Assembly (NCBI GenBank): GCA_027623675.1
Contig: JAQBVF010000002.1
Span: 1 to 64,000 of the forward strand
Origin: Chloroflexota bacterium
GTDB lineage: Bacteria > Chloroflexota > Dehalococcoidia > Lucifugimonadales > UBA3495
DNA: 64,000 nt
Direction of reading: 5' to 3'
The stretch's first letter is position 1, and each line of letters begins with the position of its first letter. Below the pieces are notes generated by a model that was not told the origin of the DNA, did not search any database, and worked only from the letters and a program-made list of their open reading frames with translations. Below are positions 19,410-28,572 of this stretch, piece after piece. The translations under genes and the position numbers were made by a program.

Positions 19410-19476
19410 CGCATTTGGGAGAGCGTCCCGACTGCCATCGGAGAGTTACGGGGTTCGAGTCCCCGCAGCTCCACCA
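19401..19476 (+). pseudogene. tRNA-Ala-derived mimic #2 (substituted anticodon arm, intact 3' end)
   Basis: Degenerate 5' half, arm TCCCGACTGCCATCGGAG; last 30 nt (19447-19476) identical to tRNA-Ala 19100-19129 including CCA. Confidence 0.8.
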
Positions 19477-19592
19477 TAATTCTGCGAATATTCCCTCCAC
19501 GGACCGGCGGGCCACCATGCCGCTGCCCGGAAACGCCGGGGCGGCGGCCCGCGCGCTAACCTCTAATCCTCCCCCTTTCCGAGGATCTCCGA

Positions 19593-20651
19593 TTGATCTC
19601 CTTAATAGCCTTGGTCGGCGGCCTGGCACTCCTCCTCTTGGGAGCGGAGTTGCTGGTCCGCGGAGCCACCGGGGCTGCGAGACGCCTACGGATACCCGCC
19701 TTAGTTATCGGTCTGACCGTGGTGGCTTATGGCACCAGCGCCCCAGAGATGGCTGTAAGCCTGCGGGCGGCCCTCGCCGGTAACTCGGCCATAGCGGTTG
19801 GAAATGTTGTCGGCAGCAACCTCTTCAACATCTTGATGATCTTGGGATTGAGCGCCCTGATCACGCCACTCGCCGTAAAATCGCGGCTGATCCGCCTCGA
19901 TATCCCGGTGATGATTGGTCTTTCGGCGTTGCTACTGCTCCTAGCGTTGACCCGAGGCGTCGGGAGGATCGAAGGGATCGGCCTGCTGTTGGGTCTGGTC
20001 ATCTATACCGTTCTGACGTTCCGCCTTGGCCGACAAGAGGTTGGTCCTTCAACCGCTACCCCTGTTCCCGAACCGCAACGCCCACTGTGGCGCTCCTTGG
20101 GGTTCATACTCATCGGTCTGGTGGCCCTGTCGGTGGGGGCCCGGTATTTCGTCGACGGCGCGGTCTGGTTGGCGGACTCCATAGGAATCAGCGAAGTTGT
20201 CATCGGCTTGGTTATCGTGGCTGCCGGCACCTCGATGCCTGAGGTCGTTACCTCGGTCGTCGCGGCAGCCCGCGGCGAGCGCGACATCGCCGTGGGCAAC
20301 GTCGTGGGCAGCAATATATTCAACATCCTGGGTGTTATGGGGGTTTCCGGCATCGTTGCCCCGGCGGGTGTGGCGATCCCGGATTCGATAAGACAATTCG
20401 ATCTGCCCATTATGCTGGCGGCAGCGGTGATTTGTCTCCCGATCGCGTTCACCGGCGGTAAGATCTCGCGGTGGGAAGGGGCGTTGCTTCTTGGGTATTT
20501 CGCATCCTACGTCACCTACATAATCCTGAGGGCGGCGGACCACGATGCCGTCGAGCCGTTCGGCTGGGTGATGGCCGGAATCGTCATGCCATTAACCGGC
20601 ATCACCTTGGCCCTGCTTGTCGGCCGAAGTATCATCTCTCATCGGCGTTAG
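19593..20651 (+). CDS. calcium/sodium antiporter (YrbG-like)
   Basis: Two alpha repeats GTSAPE/GTSMPE and GNVVGSN twice. Confidence 0.92.
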   Translation: MISLIALVGGLALLLLGAELLVRGATGAARRLRIPALVIGLTVVAYGTSAPEMAVSLRAALAGNSAIAVGNVVGSNLFNILMILGLSALITPLAVKSRLIRLDIPVMIGLSALLLLLALTRGVGRIEGIGLLLGLVIYTVLTFRLGRQEVGPSTATPVPEPQRPLWRSLGFILIGLVALSVGARYFVDGAVWLADSIGISEVVIGLVIVAAGTSMPEVVTSVVAAARGERDIAVGNVVGSNIFNILGVMGVSGIVAPAGVAIPDSIRQFDLPIMLAAAVICLPIAFTGGKISRWEGALLLGYFASYVTYIILRAADHDAVEPFGWVMAGIVMPLTGITLALLVGRSIISHRR

Positions 20652-20740
20652 GGGTCCCGGTGTGGTCTCATGATGGAATCATATACAGCGGCGGTACTTA
20701 CACAAACGTCGTGAAACTCACCTTAACCAAATGTGGCCTT
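20651..20740 (+). pseudogene. remnant of a DUF1801 (YdhG-like) gene
   Basis: GVPVWSHDGIIYSGGTYTNVVKLTL resembles, from memory, the DUF1801 core GVPVWSHDGIICTGETYKxVVKLTF; no start, decays downstream. Confidence 0.55.
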
Positions 20741-20828
20741 CATCCTAGATTTATCGTTGCGACCCGTTCAGCTTGCCCCTGGGACCTGGAATACATTCAG
20801 GGCGACGGGCGATGCAGGTAACATTTCA

Positions 20829-22064
20829 GTGAACATCCCCCTGGTCGTCCTAGGATCGGTATTTCTTCTTATCGCTGTCCGCCAGGTGGGGCGGCTCAGG
20901 TTGGCCATCTGGCAGAGCATGACACTTGGGGCAATTGCCGTTCTTGTTACCGGCCAGATCACCCCCAGCAAAGCTCTGGACGCGGTGAACCTGGATGTGA
21001 TGGCCTTCCTCTTTGGCATGTTCGTGGTGGGCCGGGCCTTGGAGGAAAGCGGCTACCTGGCGGTGGTGGGTCACCATATCTTTGGACGGGTCCGCAGCAC
21101 GGCGATGCTGCTCCTTGCCCTCCTCTTCGCTGCCGGGTTCGCGTCGGCGGTACTGATGAACGACACCTTGGCCATCATCGGCACGCCGTTAGCCATCCTC
21201 CTGGCCCGCCGGTACAACCTCTCCCCCAAGCTGCTTCTGCTGGCGCTGGCCTTTTCCATCACCATTGGCAGCGTCATGAGCCCCATCGGCAACCCCCAAA
21301 ACCTCCTGATTGCCCTGGGCGGCGATATGCGGAACCCCTTCCTACCGTTCCTGAGGGGCCTGGCCTTGCCGACCATTCTCAACCTCCTGATAGCCTTCCT
21401 GTTCCTGCGTTTATACTATCGGGGCGAGTTCAAGCCGCTGGTTCCGGACAACACTCCTGCCGTCATCACCGACCGGTCTCTCGCCCGGCTAGCCCGGTTG
21501 GCTCTGCTCATCATCGCCGTCCTGATCCTGGCGAAGATCTGCCTCGCATTACTTAGCGTCGAGGTACGGCTTACTTACATCGCCATCAGCGGCGCTGTTC
21601 CGTTACTACTGTTGAGCCGGCGGCGGCTGGAACTCCTGCGCACGGTCGACGGGTATACCCTGGTTTTCTTCGCTGCCATGTTCGTACTGATGGGCAGTGT
21701 CTGGGGCACCGGCTTTTTCCAGGCACGCGTGGACGGTCTAAACGTCGACATCACGTCCACCCCCGTGATCTTGGCCGTCAGCATTCTCTTGAGCCAACTC
21801 ATGTCCAACGTCCCGATGGTTGCCCTCTACCTACCGAGCCTGCTGCACGCCGGCGCTCCGCAGGAAGCCCTCCTGGCCGTTGCCGCCGGCAGCACCATTG
21901 CCGGAAACCTGACCATCTTGGGGGCCGCCAGCAACGTCATCATCATCCAGTACGCCGAGCGGCATGGCGGCCAGACACTCACCTTCTGGGAGTTCTTCCG
22001 CATCGGCGCGCCATTGGTGGCGGCTAACACCCTGGTCTACTGGCTCTTCTTAAAGTTTGTGTGA
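20829..22064 (+). CDS. ArsB/NhaD/SLC13-type ion transporter
   Basis: LMNDT, IGSVMSPIGNPQN, LMSNVP, AGNLTILGAASN; start uncertain (GTG 20829). Confidence 0.85.
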   Translation: MNIPLVVLGSVFLLIAVRQVGRLRLAIWQSMTLGAIAVLVTGQITPSKALDAVNLDVMAFLFGMFVVGRALEESGYLAVVGHHIFGRVRSTAMLLLALLFAAGFASAVLMNDTLAIIGTPLAILLARRYNLSPKLLLLALAFSITIGSVMSPIGNPQNLLIALGGDMRNPFLPFLRGLALPTILNLLIAFLFLRLYYRGEFKPLVPDNTPAVITDRSLARLARLALLIIAVLILAKICLALLSVEVRLTYIAISGAVPLLLLSRRRLELLRTVDGYTLVFFAAMFVLMGSVWGTGFFQARVDGLNVDITSTPVILAVSILLSQLMSNVPMVALYLPSLLHAGAPQEALLAVAAGSTIAGNLTILGAASNVIIIQYAERHGGQTLTFWEFFRIGAPLVAANTLVYWLFLKFV

Positions 22065-22234
22065 GCAGGCGGCAGTTTTCGACCGCATCGGGCGTTGGAG
22101 AATGATTCTCCCCATAGATGGTTCCGCTGCCAACCGGCTCCTCGCCTCCACTGCCCGTGACCGTCCCACTTCGTCCTCTCCCGCCCATAATCCATCATGT
22201 ACCTCCTCCGGTCGTGACGTTCTATAATGCTCCG

Positions 22235-23428
22235 ATGACCACCCAAGCCCCCATCGTCGTTGCGTCGAGCCAAGCCCGCGCATTCGCCATCATCGCGGCG
22301 GCGCTGTTCTTGAACAACACGGCCGCTTTGATGCTGGGTCCCTTGCTGGTGGACATCGCCAGGGAATATGACACTTCCGTCGCCGTGGCCGGTCAATTGA
22401 CGGCGGCCACCTTCGCGTCGTGGGCCATATTTGCTCCATTGGCTGGCCCTTTTTCCGATTCCTTGGGGCGGCGTCCCGTGGCGTTGGCCGGGCTATCGCT
22501 GATGGGGACCTGCATCCTGGGCGCGGCGTTCGCGCCCAATTTCTTCGTCCTGATGGCGCTGCTCATCGGCGCCGGATTGAGCGGCGCAATGATCCCGCCC
22601 AATAGCATGGCCGCCATCACCGACGTCGTCGCGGTCGAACAGCGAGGCCGGGCAATCGGAGCGGCCCAGGGCATCAGCACGTCGGCGGCGGTGATCGGCG
22701 TTCCGGCGGTCGCGGTCCTGGCCAGTTTGGGCGATTGGCGGCTGCCCTTCGTTGTCTGCGGCGCGCTGCTCTTGGCCACGTTCGTCCTATCTTGGTTCTG
22801 GTATCCCAGAGGCCCCGCGGTTGGCCCCAAGGCGTTCTCCTATCTGGACCGGTTCCGCGAGTTGGGGTCCATATCCGTGTTCCGCATCGGGATGCTGGCC
22901 AGTTTCTCCCAGCGGACCGCCTTTTATGCGGTTGTCGGGTATGTCGCCGCCTACCTCATCGACACCTACGGTATGAGCGTCGGAGAGACCGCGTTGCCAC
23001 TGGCCGTGGTCGGCTCCGGCGCCGTGCTCGGCAGTCTCTGGGCCGGGATGATTGCCGATCACCGGAAGCGGCTCAGTTTTACGGCGGGGGCCGCCTTGGC
23101 CGGCGGAGTCGGCGCGGTAGTTGTGTTCGCCATCGACCCATCGATCTGGGCAACCGTGGCCATCGCCTTTGGCGCCGTCTGTCTCTTGAGCGTCGGCTGG
23201 CCCGTCTTCATCACCTTCGCAACCGACGTGGCGGGGCAGTCACGGGCCACCGCGGTGGGCATGATGGGCGGCAGCAACCGGCTGGGAGGCGTGGCTGGGT
23301 CTGCCATCGGAGGCGCGTTCTTGGCCATTGGCGGCTACGCGGCGGTGGGAATCTTCTGCCTGGCGGCGGTGGCATTCTCGGGATCGGTGATGCGGTTATT
23401 CATGCGGGAACCGGAACCGGCGGCGTAA
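22235..23428 (+). CDS. MFS transporter (paralog 1)
   Basis: Motif A GPFSDSLGRR, ~12 TM, WRLPF. Confidence 0.88.
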   Translation: MTTQAPIVVASSQARAFAIIAAALFLNNTAALMLGPLLVDIAREYDTSVAVAGQLTAATFASWAIFAPLAGPFSDSLGRRPVALAGLSLMGTCILGAAFAPNFFVLMALLIGAGLSGAMIPPNSMAAITDVVAVEQRGRAIGAAQGISTSAAVIGVPAVAVLASLGDWRLPFVVCGALLLATFVLSWFWYPRGPAVGPKAFSYLDRFRELGSISVFRIGMLASFSQRTAFYAVVGYVAAYLIDTYGMSVGETALPLAVVGSGAVLGSLWAGMIADHRKRLSFTAGAALAGGVGAVVVFAIDPSIWATVAIAFGAVCLLSVGWPVFITFATDVAGQSRATAVGMMGGSNRLGGVAGSAIGGAFLAIGGYAAVGIFCLAAVAFSGSVMRLFMREPEPAA

Positions 23429-23472
23429 TTGAATCCAAACGCTCTCTCGCGCCCCTCCGGCCCTAGACTCCC

Positions 23473-24624
23473 ATGAGCCAAGCCCGCTTCCTGATATCCA
23501 TCGCGGCGGCGTTGTTCGTCACCCAGAGCGCGTCCCTCATGGTGGCGCCGTTGTTGGTCGATATCGCATCGGAGTTCAATACCTCGGTGGCGGTCGCCGG
23601 GCAGCTTGCCACCGCCACGTTTGCGGCGTGGGCCGTCTCGGTCGTGGTCGTTGGGCCCATGTCCGACTCGTTTGGCCGGCGGCCGGTGGCCCTCACCGGG
23701 CTTTCCCTGCTCAGCATCGGGGTATTGGCATCGGCCTTCGCGCCCAATCTGGGCACTTTGCTGGCATTCAGGGTGCTTACCGGACTGGGCGGAGGCATGA
23801 TACCGCCCAACAGCATGGCTGCCGTGGCCGACGTTGTAGCGCCCGCCCACCGCGCTCGGGCGGTGAGCCGGTTGATGGCCTTCAACACCCTATCTTCGGT
23901 GATCGGGATACCTCTTTTGGCTCTTGCCGCCGAATGGGGAGGATGGCGGCTTCCCTTCCTGATCATGGGTTCCATATTAGGGGCGGTGGCCATCTTGAAC
24001 TGGTTCTGGTTCCCCAAGAACGAGGGCTCCGGACTGCGGTCGTTTTCCTTCTTCTCCCGGTATCGGGCGTTGCTGTCGCTCCCGATATTCCGGGCGGCCA
24101 TCGCGGTGAACCTGGCCCAGCGCATGGCCTTCTTCGCGCTGTTCAGCTACCTGGCGGCATACCTGATCGACACCTACGATATGAGCGTTGCGGCGGTCGC
24201 CCTGCCACTGGCCATCGTGGGCGTCGGCCGGGTGATTGGCAGCTACATGGCCGGGACCGTGGGAAACCGGGACGACCGGATGCCCCTGATATCCATTTGT
24301 TCTTTGAGCGGAGGGGTGGCCGCGTTGCTGCTGCTTTCGATCAATGTTCCCGTCTGGGTCGTGGTGGCCCTGGCCACATTGGCGATCGGACTGCTGAGCG
24401 TCGGTTGGCCGGTGATGATCACCTTGAGCACCGAGGTGTCGGGACGATCAAGAGCGACCGGAGTAGGTCTGTTGGGCTTCAGCAACCAGTCTGGCGGAGT
24501 CGGCGGGGCGGCCATCGGCGGCGTTCTGCTGGCGGCCAGCGGGTTCCCCGGCATCGGGTACCTGTGTTTGGGCGCCGCGGTTTTCTCGACGGTGGTGATC
24601 GCGATCTTCATGCGGCGGCATTAG
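23473..24624 (+). CDS. MFS transporter (paralog 2)
   Basis: GPMSDSFGRR, IPPNSMAA, WRLPF. Confidence 0.88.
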   Translation: MSQARFLISIAAALFVTQSASLMVAPLLVDIASEFNTSVAVAGQLATATFAAWAVSVVVVGPMSDSFGRRPVALTGLSLLSIGVLASAFAPNLGTLLAFRVLTGLGGGMIPPNSMAAVADVVAPAHRARAVSRLMAFNTLSSVIGIPLLALAAEWGGWRLPFLIMGSILGAVAILNWFWFPKNEGSGLRSFSFFSRYRALLSLPIFRAAIAVNLAQRMAFFALFSYLAAYLIDTYDMSVAAVALPLAIVGVGRVIGSYMAGTVGNRDDRMPLISICSLSGGVAALLLLSINVPVWVVVALATLAIGLLSVGWPVMITLSTEVSGRSRATGVGLLGFSNQSGGVGGAAIGGVLLAASGFPGIGYLCLGAAVFSTVVIAIFMRRH

Positions 24625-24733
24625 GCTGATGCTAAACTGAATCTCGATGAACCCGAACCATCCTTCGCGGCCTGTTTCGCCGCTTGATCATTTAATCTCG
24701 CAGATTCCGGCAACCGGCATCCGGCGGCCCTGA

Positions 24734-25924
24734 TTGGCGAAGACAGCAACTTCCCCGGCAGTGGGCCAGGGCCGGTTCCTGGCGGTCACCGCCGTCGGCA
24801 TGTTCCTAAGTCAGAACGTTGGGTTGATGCTCGCCCCCCTTCTGGTTGACCTGGCCGCCGCGTTTGACGTGTCGGTTGCCGCGGCTGGGCAGCTTGCGGC
24901 GGTGACTTTTGGCGCCTGGGCGATATCGGTGGTGTCGTCGGGTCCGATCTCAGACTCCTTCGGCAGGCGTCCCGTGGCGGTGACCGGGTTGGCTCTGTTG
25001 GGGCTAAGCACCCTGGCGTCGGGATTCGCTCCCAGCTTCGCGGTCCTGCTCGGTTTGCGGGTCGTCACCGGCCTGACCGGCGGCATCATCCCGCCCAACA
25101 GCATGGCGGCCGTGGCCGACGTTCTACCTCCGGCGAAAAGGGCTCGTGCGTTCGGACGCCTGATGGCGTTCACATCGCTGTCGTCGGTGATCGGAGCTCC
25201 GTTCGTGGCGGCGGTGGCCAGCGCCGGGGGGTGGCGGGTCCCGTTCCTGGTGATCGGGTCTCTGCTCTTGGTTTGCGCTGTTTTGGCCTGGTTCTGGTAT
25301 CCCAGGACGCCCAGACCAGCGTTGGCATCGTTCTCCTTCCTGGCGCGGTACAAACAGATGGCTGGCATCGGGTTGTTCCGGTCGGCCTTGGCAGCGAACT
25401 TTCTACAGCGGGTGGCGTTCTACGGGACCATCAGCTACCTGGCGGCGTTCCTGATCAGCGAGCACGGTCTGAGTGTGGGCGAGACCGCGGCGCCGTTGGC
25501 GGTCGTGGGCATCGGCGTCGTAGTTGGCAGCACGATGGCCGGGACCGTATCAGCCATGGAGCGGCGGGCCCAGGTGCTCGCCGGGTGCGTCCTGGCAGGG
25601 GGCCTGGCGTTTCTGGTCCTGTTCGCCCTCGACCTGGGAGCCTGGGGCAGCGTTGGCCTGGCGTTGGTCGGCGTCACCTTCATCAGCATCGGCTGGCCCA
25701 CATTCTTGGCCATCAGCACCGAGATCTCCGGCGCCTCACAGGCCACCGCCGTGGGCATGTTGGGCGCCAGCAACCAACTTGGCGGCGTGGGCGGTGCGGC
25801 GTTGGGCGGCGCGGTTCTTGCCCTGGGCGGTTTCTCTACGATAGGATTTTTGTGTTTCGGCGCGGCGTTGGTCTCGGCAATGGTGTTGCAATTCGGGATG
25901 CGCCGCCGCCCGCCGTCGAGCTAG
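24734..25924 (+). CDS. MFS transporter (paralog 3)
   Basis: GPISDSFGRR, IPPNSMAA, WRVPF. Confidence 0.88.
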   Translation: MAKTATSPAVGQGRFLAVTAVGMFLSQNVGLMLAPLLVDLAAAFDVSVAAAGQLAAVTFGAWAISVVSSGPISDSFGRRPVAVTGLALLGLSTLASGFAPSFAVLLGLRVVTGLTGGIIPPNSMAAVADVLPPAKRARAFGRLMAFTSLSSVIGAPFVAAVASAGGWRVPFLVIGSLLLVCAVLAWFWYPRTPRPALASFSFLARYKQMAGIGLFRSALAANFLQRVAFYGTISYLAAFLISEHGLSVGETAAPLAVVGIGVVVGSTMAGTVSAMERRAQVLAGCVLAGGLAFLVLFALDLGAWGSVGLALVGVTFISIGWPTFLAISTEISGASQATAVGMLGASNQLGGVGGAALGGAVLALGGFSTIGFLCFGAALVSAMVLQFGMRRRPPSS

Positions 25925-25959
25925 TCGGCCTCAGAGCAGATCAGGAGTACCGGGCAAGC

Positions 25960-26268
25960 ATGTTAGAACACAATGGGCTCAGGTGGGGATACGTCTTCTT
26001 GAAGGGGGCGGCTTACCTTAGCGCCGAGGAATTTCAGAGTTTGATGGTCCAGGCGGTGGAGATGTTCCTGGCCGGCGAAACCGAGCGGAACGTCAGGTCG
26101 GCGGAATACGAAGGACGGCTCTATACCGAACGACGTTATGAACTTATCGGGACCATCGGCGGCCAAAGGTTCAACGCCGACCTCGAAACATCCCGGGGCC
26201 ACGACAACGCATCTTTCCTGGTCAACGAGCAGACCCACGGGACGGGTGGGTCCATCTCGGTGAATTAA
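25960..26268 (+). CDS. hypothetical protein (102 aa)
   Basis: AGGAG upstream of ATG 25960; protein-like composition; fills an intergenic gap. Confidence 0.55.
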   Translation: MLEHNGLRWGYVFLKGAAYLSAEEFQSLMVQAVEMFLAGETERNVRSAEYEGRLYTERRYELIGTIGGQRFNADLETSRGHDNASFLVNEQTHGTGGSISVN

Positions 26269-26370
26269 CGGAACCGCCACACTCTCGTTGACTCCAAACT
26301 CCGGCTAAACTACACTCCAACCCAACTTCCTTACACCCCGTTCTCCAGCCAAACGCCTCGTGAGGGAAAC

Positions 26371-27486
26371 ATGACTAGCATCAGCGATTTCCCAATGTCT
26401 AAAGAGATCGGGCGCGTCCCCTCTATCACCCTCCCGCTTAACTCCGAGGAAGAAGTGCGTTTCCGATCGCTGGCCGAAGAAGCGGTCATGATCGACGTCC
26501 ACCAGCACCCGTTCGTGCTGCCGGAAGCCATGGACCGGTTCGTCGACTTCCTGCGCACCAACCGCTACCGGTGGGGATTCGAAGCTGTCCGGCATGGCGG
26601 CTGGTCCACCGTCACCACTTCCAACGTCTTTGGCGCGCTCCAGAACGCCACCGAGATGTCATTCGTGGAGTACGAGGACGTGGCGGCCGAAGTGGGCATG
26701 ATGCTGGCCGACGTATCGACCCAGCAAGACGTGGTCCGAGTGGGGAACGCCGGCGAGATCCTGGCGGCCAAGCAGGCGGGCAAGGTCGGCTTCATGCCCA
26801 CCCTGGAACACCTGCCCATCGGCAACCGGCTGGACCGCGTGGACCAGCTCCACGCCATGGGCGTGCGCCTTTCGGGCATCACCTACAACCGCAAGAACTT
26901 CATCGGCGACGGCATGTACGAGCGCAACCCCGGCGGCCTCAGCGAATTCGGCATCGAAGTCATCCACCGCATGAACGACATCGGCATGGCCGTCGATCTG
27001 TCCCACGCCTCCACCCCGACCGTCATGGACGCCATCGAGTTCTCCAAGGCGCCGGTGGTCTTTAGCCACAACGCCGCCTACACCCTGCGGCCGACCCGCC
27101 GCACGCGCAAGGACGAGGAACTCAAGGCCTGCGCCGCCAAGGGGGGCTTGGTCTGCATCACCGCCGTGCCCAACGCCCTCAGCGACGACCCGGAGCAGAC
27201 CATCGAGTGCGTGCTGGACCATTACGACTACATGGTCAACCTGATCGGCGTCGACCACGTTGGCATCGGCACCGACACCGTCATCGGCGACCACGTTATC
27301 TTCCAACACTACATGCTGGGCCGCGACCTGGACGAATTGCCAGCTCCCTATCTGAACGGCCTAGAATCGCCCGCTGACGGCAAGAATATCATTCGCGGAC
27401 TCATCCGCCGGGGGTACTCGGACACCGACGTAAAGAAGATCGTCGGGGGCAATGCATTGGATCTATTCCGCCGAGTGATGGCCTAG
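26371..27486 (+). CDS. membrane dipeptidase (peptidase M19) family
   Basis: IDVHQH, TYN, GGLSEFG, VDLSH, FSH, DHVGIGTD, KIVGGN. Confidence 0.88.
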   Translation: MTSISDFPMSKEIGRVPSITLPLNSEEEVRFRSLAEEAVMIDVHQHPFVLPEAMDRFVDFLRTNRYRWGFEAVRHGGWSTVTTSNVFGALQNATEMSFVEYEDVAAEVGMMLADVSTQQDVVRVGNAGEILAAKQAGKVGFMPTLEHLPIGNRLDRVDQLHAMGVRLSGITYNRKNFIGDGMYERNPGGLSEFGIEVIHRMNDIGMAVDLSHASTPTVMDAIEFSKAPVVFSHNAAYTLRPTRRTRKDEELKACAAKGGLVCITAVPNALSDDPEQTIECVLDHYDYMVNLIGVDHVGIGTDTVIGDHVIFQHYMLGRDLDELPAPYLNGLESPADGKNIIRGLIRRGYSDTDVKKIVGGNALDLFRRVMA

Positions 27487-28572
27487 ATGCCCGAACCATT
27501 CGTTACCACGGTCATCGGCAGCATGCCCAAGCCGCCCTGGCTCTATCGGCAGGCCCCACTGGACGCCAAGGAGTCGGACCACCACGGCGGCGGCACCGAT
27601 TGGCTGCTATCCGGCCAGGAATTGACCGACGCGCAGAACGACGCCGTTCGGCTAGCGGTCTACGATCAGGAGACGGCTGGCGTGCGGATCGTGAGTGACG
27701 GGGAACAGCGCCGAAAGTCGTACCTGACCTACGTGACCTCCCGGTTGAGCGGCTTCGATTACGAGACGCTGGCAGAGAAATGGATCCGCGACGGCCGGCG
27801 TCTGGCCCAGGTTGGCCGCTGCATCGGGCCGGTGGAATGGCTCGGCCCAATGGTGACGCCCGACCTGGCCTTCCTGCTGACCCAGACCACCTCGCCAGTA
27901 AAGGTCACCCTTCCCGGCCCGATGACGGTGGTCGATTCAACCTACGACGCCTATTACGGCGACGAACGCGCCTTCGCCATGGCGGTGGCCGCCGCCTTGA
28001 ACCGGGAGGCCCGTGCGCTGGACGCCCTTGGACCCGCCGTCATTCAGTTCGATGAGCCGGCGTTCAGCCGCTACCCGGAGAAGGTGGCCGAATGGGGCAT
28101 CGATGCGCTGAACCGGTGCTCTCAGGACCTCATCGCCCAGAGCGCCGTCCATGTTTGCTACAGCTACGCCATGCCCGGCGTGCCCCGTCCCATCAAGAAC
28201 AGCTACCCGCAGATCCTGGCCGAGCTGGAACGGTCGCAGATCGACCAAATAGCCCTGGAGTTCCAAGCGCCGCAACTGGATCCGGCGCTGCTTGAACTGT
28301 GTCCGTCAAAGACGGTGCTCTTTGGCTGTATCGACAACGCCAACCCCGCAGTCGAGGACTCGCAGCAGATCGCCCTTCGGCTGCTGGCCGCCGCCGAGCA
28401 CCACGACCCCGAAAAGATCCAAGCGGCGCCCGATTGCGGGTTGACGACCCTGACGCAGGCCAGCGCACGGGCCAAGCTTTCGGCCCTCTTCCGTGGGGCT
28501 CAGACCGCCCGCGACCAACTTACCGGAGACACCGGACACGGGTACCATCACCACGAGCACCATGAACACTAA
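27487..28572 (+). CDS. cobalamin-independent methionine synthase II-like zinc enzyme
   Basis: TVIGSMPKP, SDGEQRR, IQFDEP, HVCY, PDCG; His-rich tail. Confidence 0.85.
   Translation: MPEPFVTTVIGSMPKPPWLYRQAPLDAKESDHHGGGTDWLLSGQELTDAQNDAVRLAVYDQETAGVRIVSDGEQRRKSYLTYVTSRLSGFDYETLAEKWIRDGRRLAQVGRCIGPVEWLGPMVTPDLAFLLTQTTSPVKVTLPGPMTVVDSTYDAYYGDERAFAMAVAAALNREARALDALGPAVIQFDEPAFSRYPEKVAEWGIDALNRCSQDLIAQSAVHVCYSYAMPGVPRPIKNSYPQILAELERSQIDQIALEFQAPQLDPALLELCPSKTVLFGCIDNANPAVEDSQQIALRLLAAAEHHDPEKIQAAPDCGLTTLTQASARAKLSALFRGAQTARDQLTGDTGHGYHHHEHHEH

Noticed and set aside
19100..19476. Classical prophage/ICE attL-attR at tRNA-Ala
   Set aside because: The 30-nt repeat encloses only ~320 nt, no integrase is in the window, and the downstream copy also retains the D-arm region.
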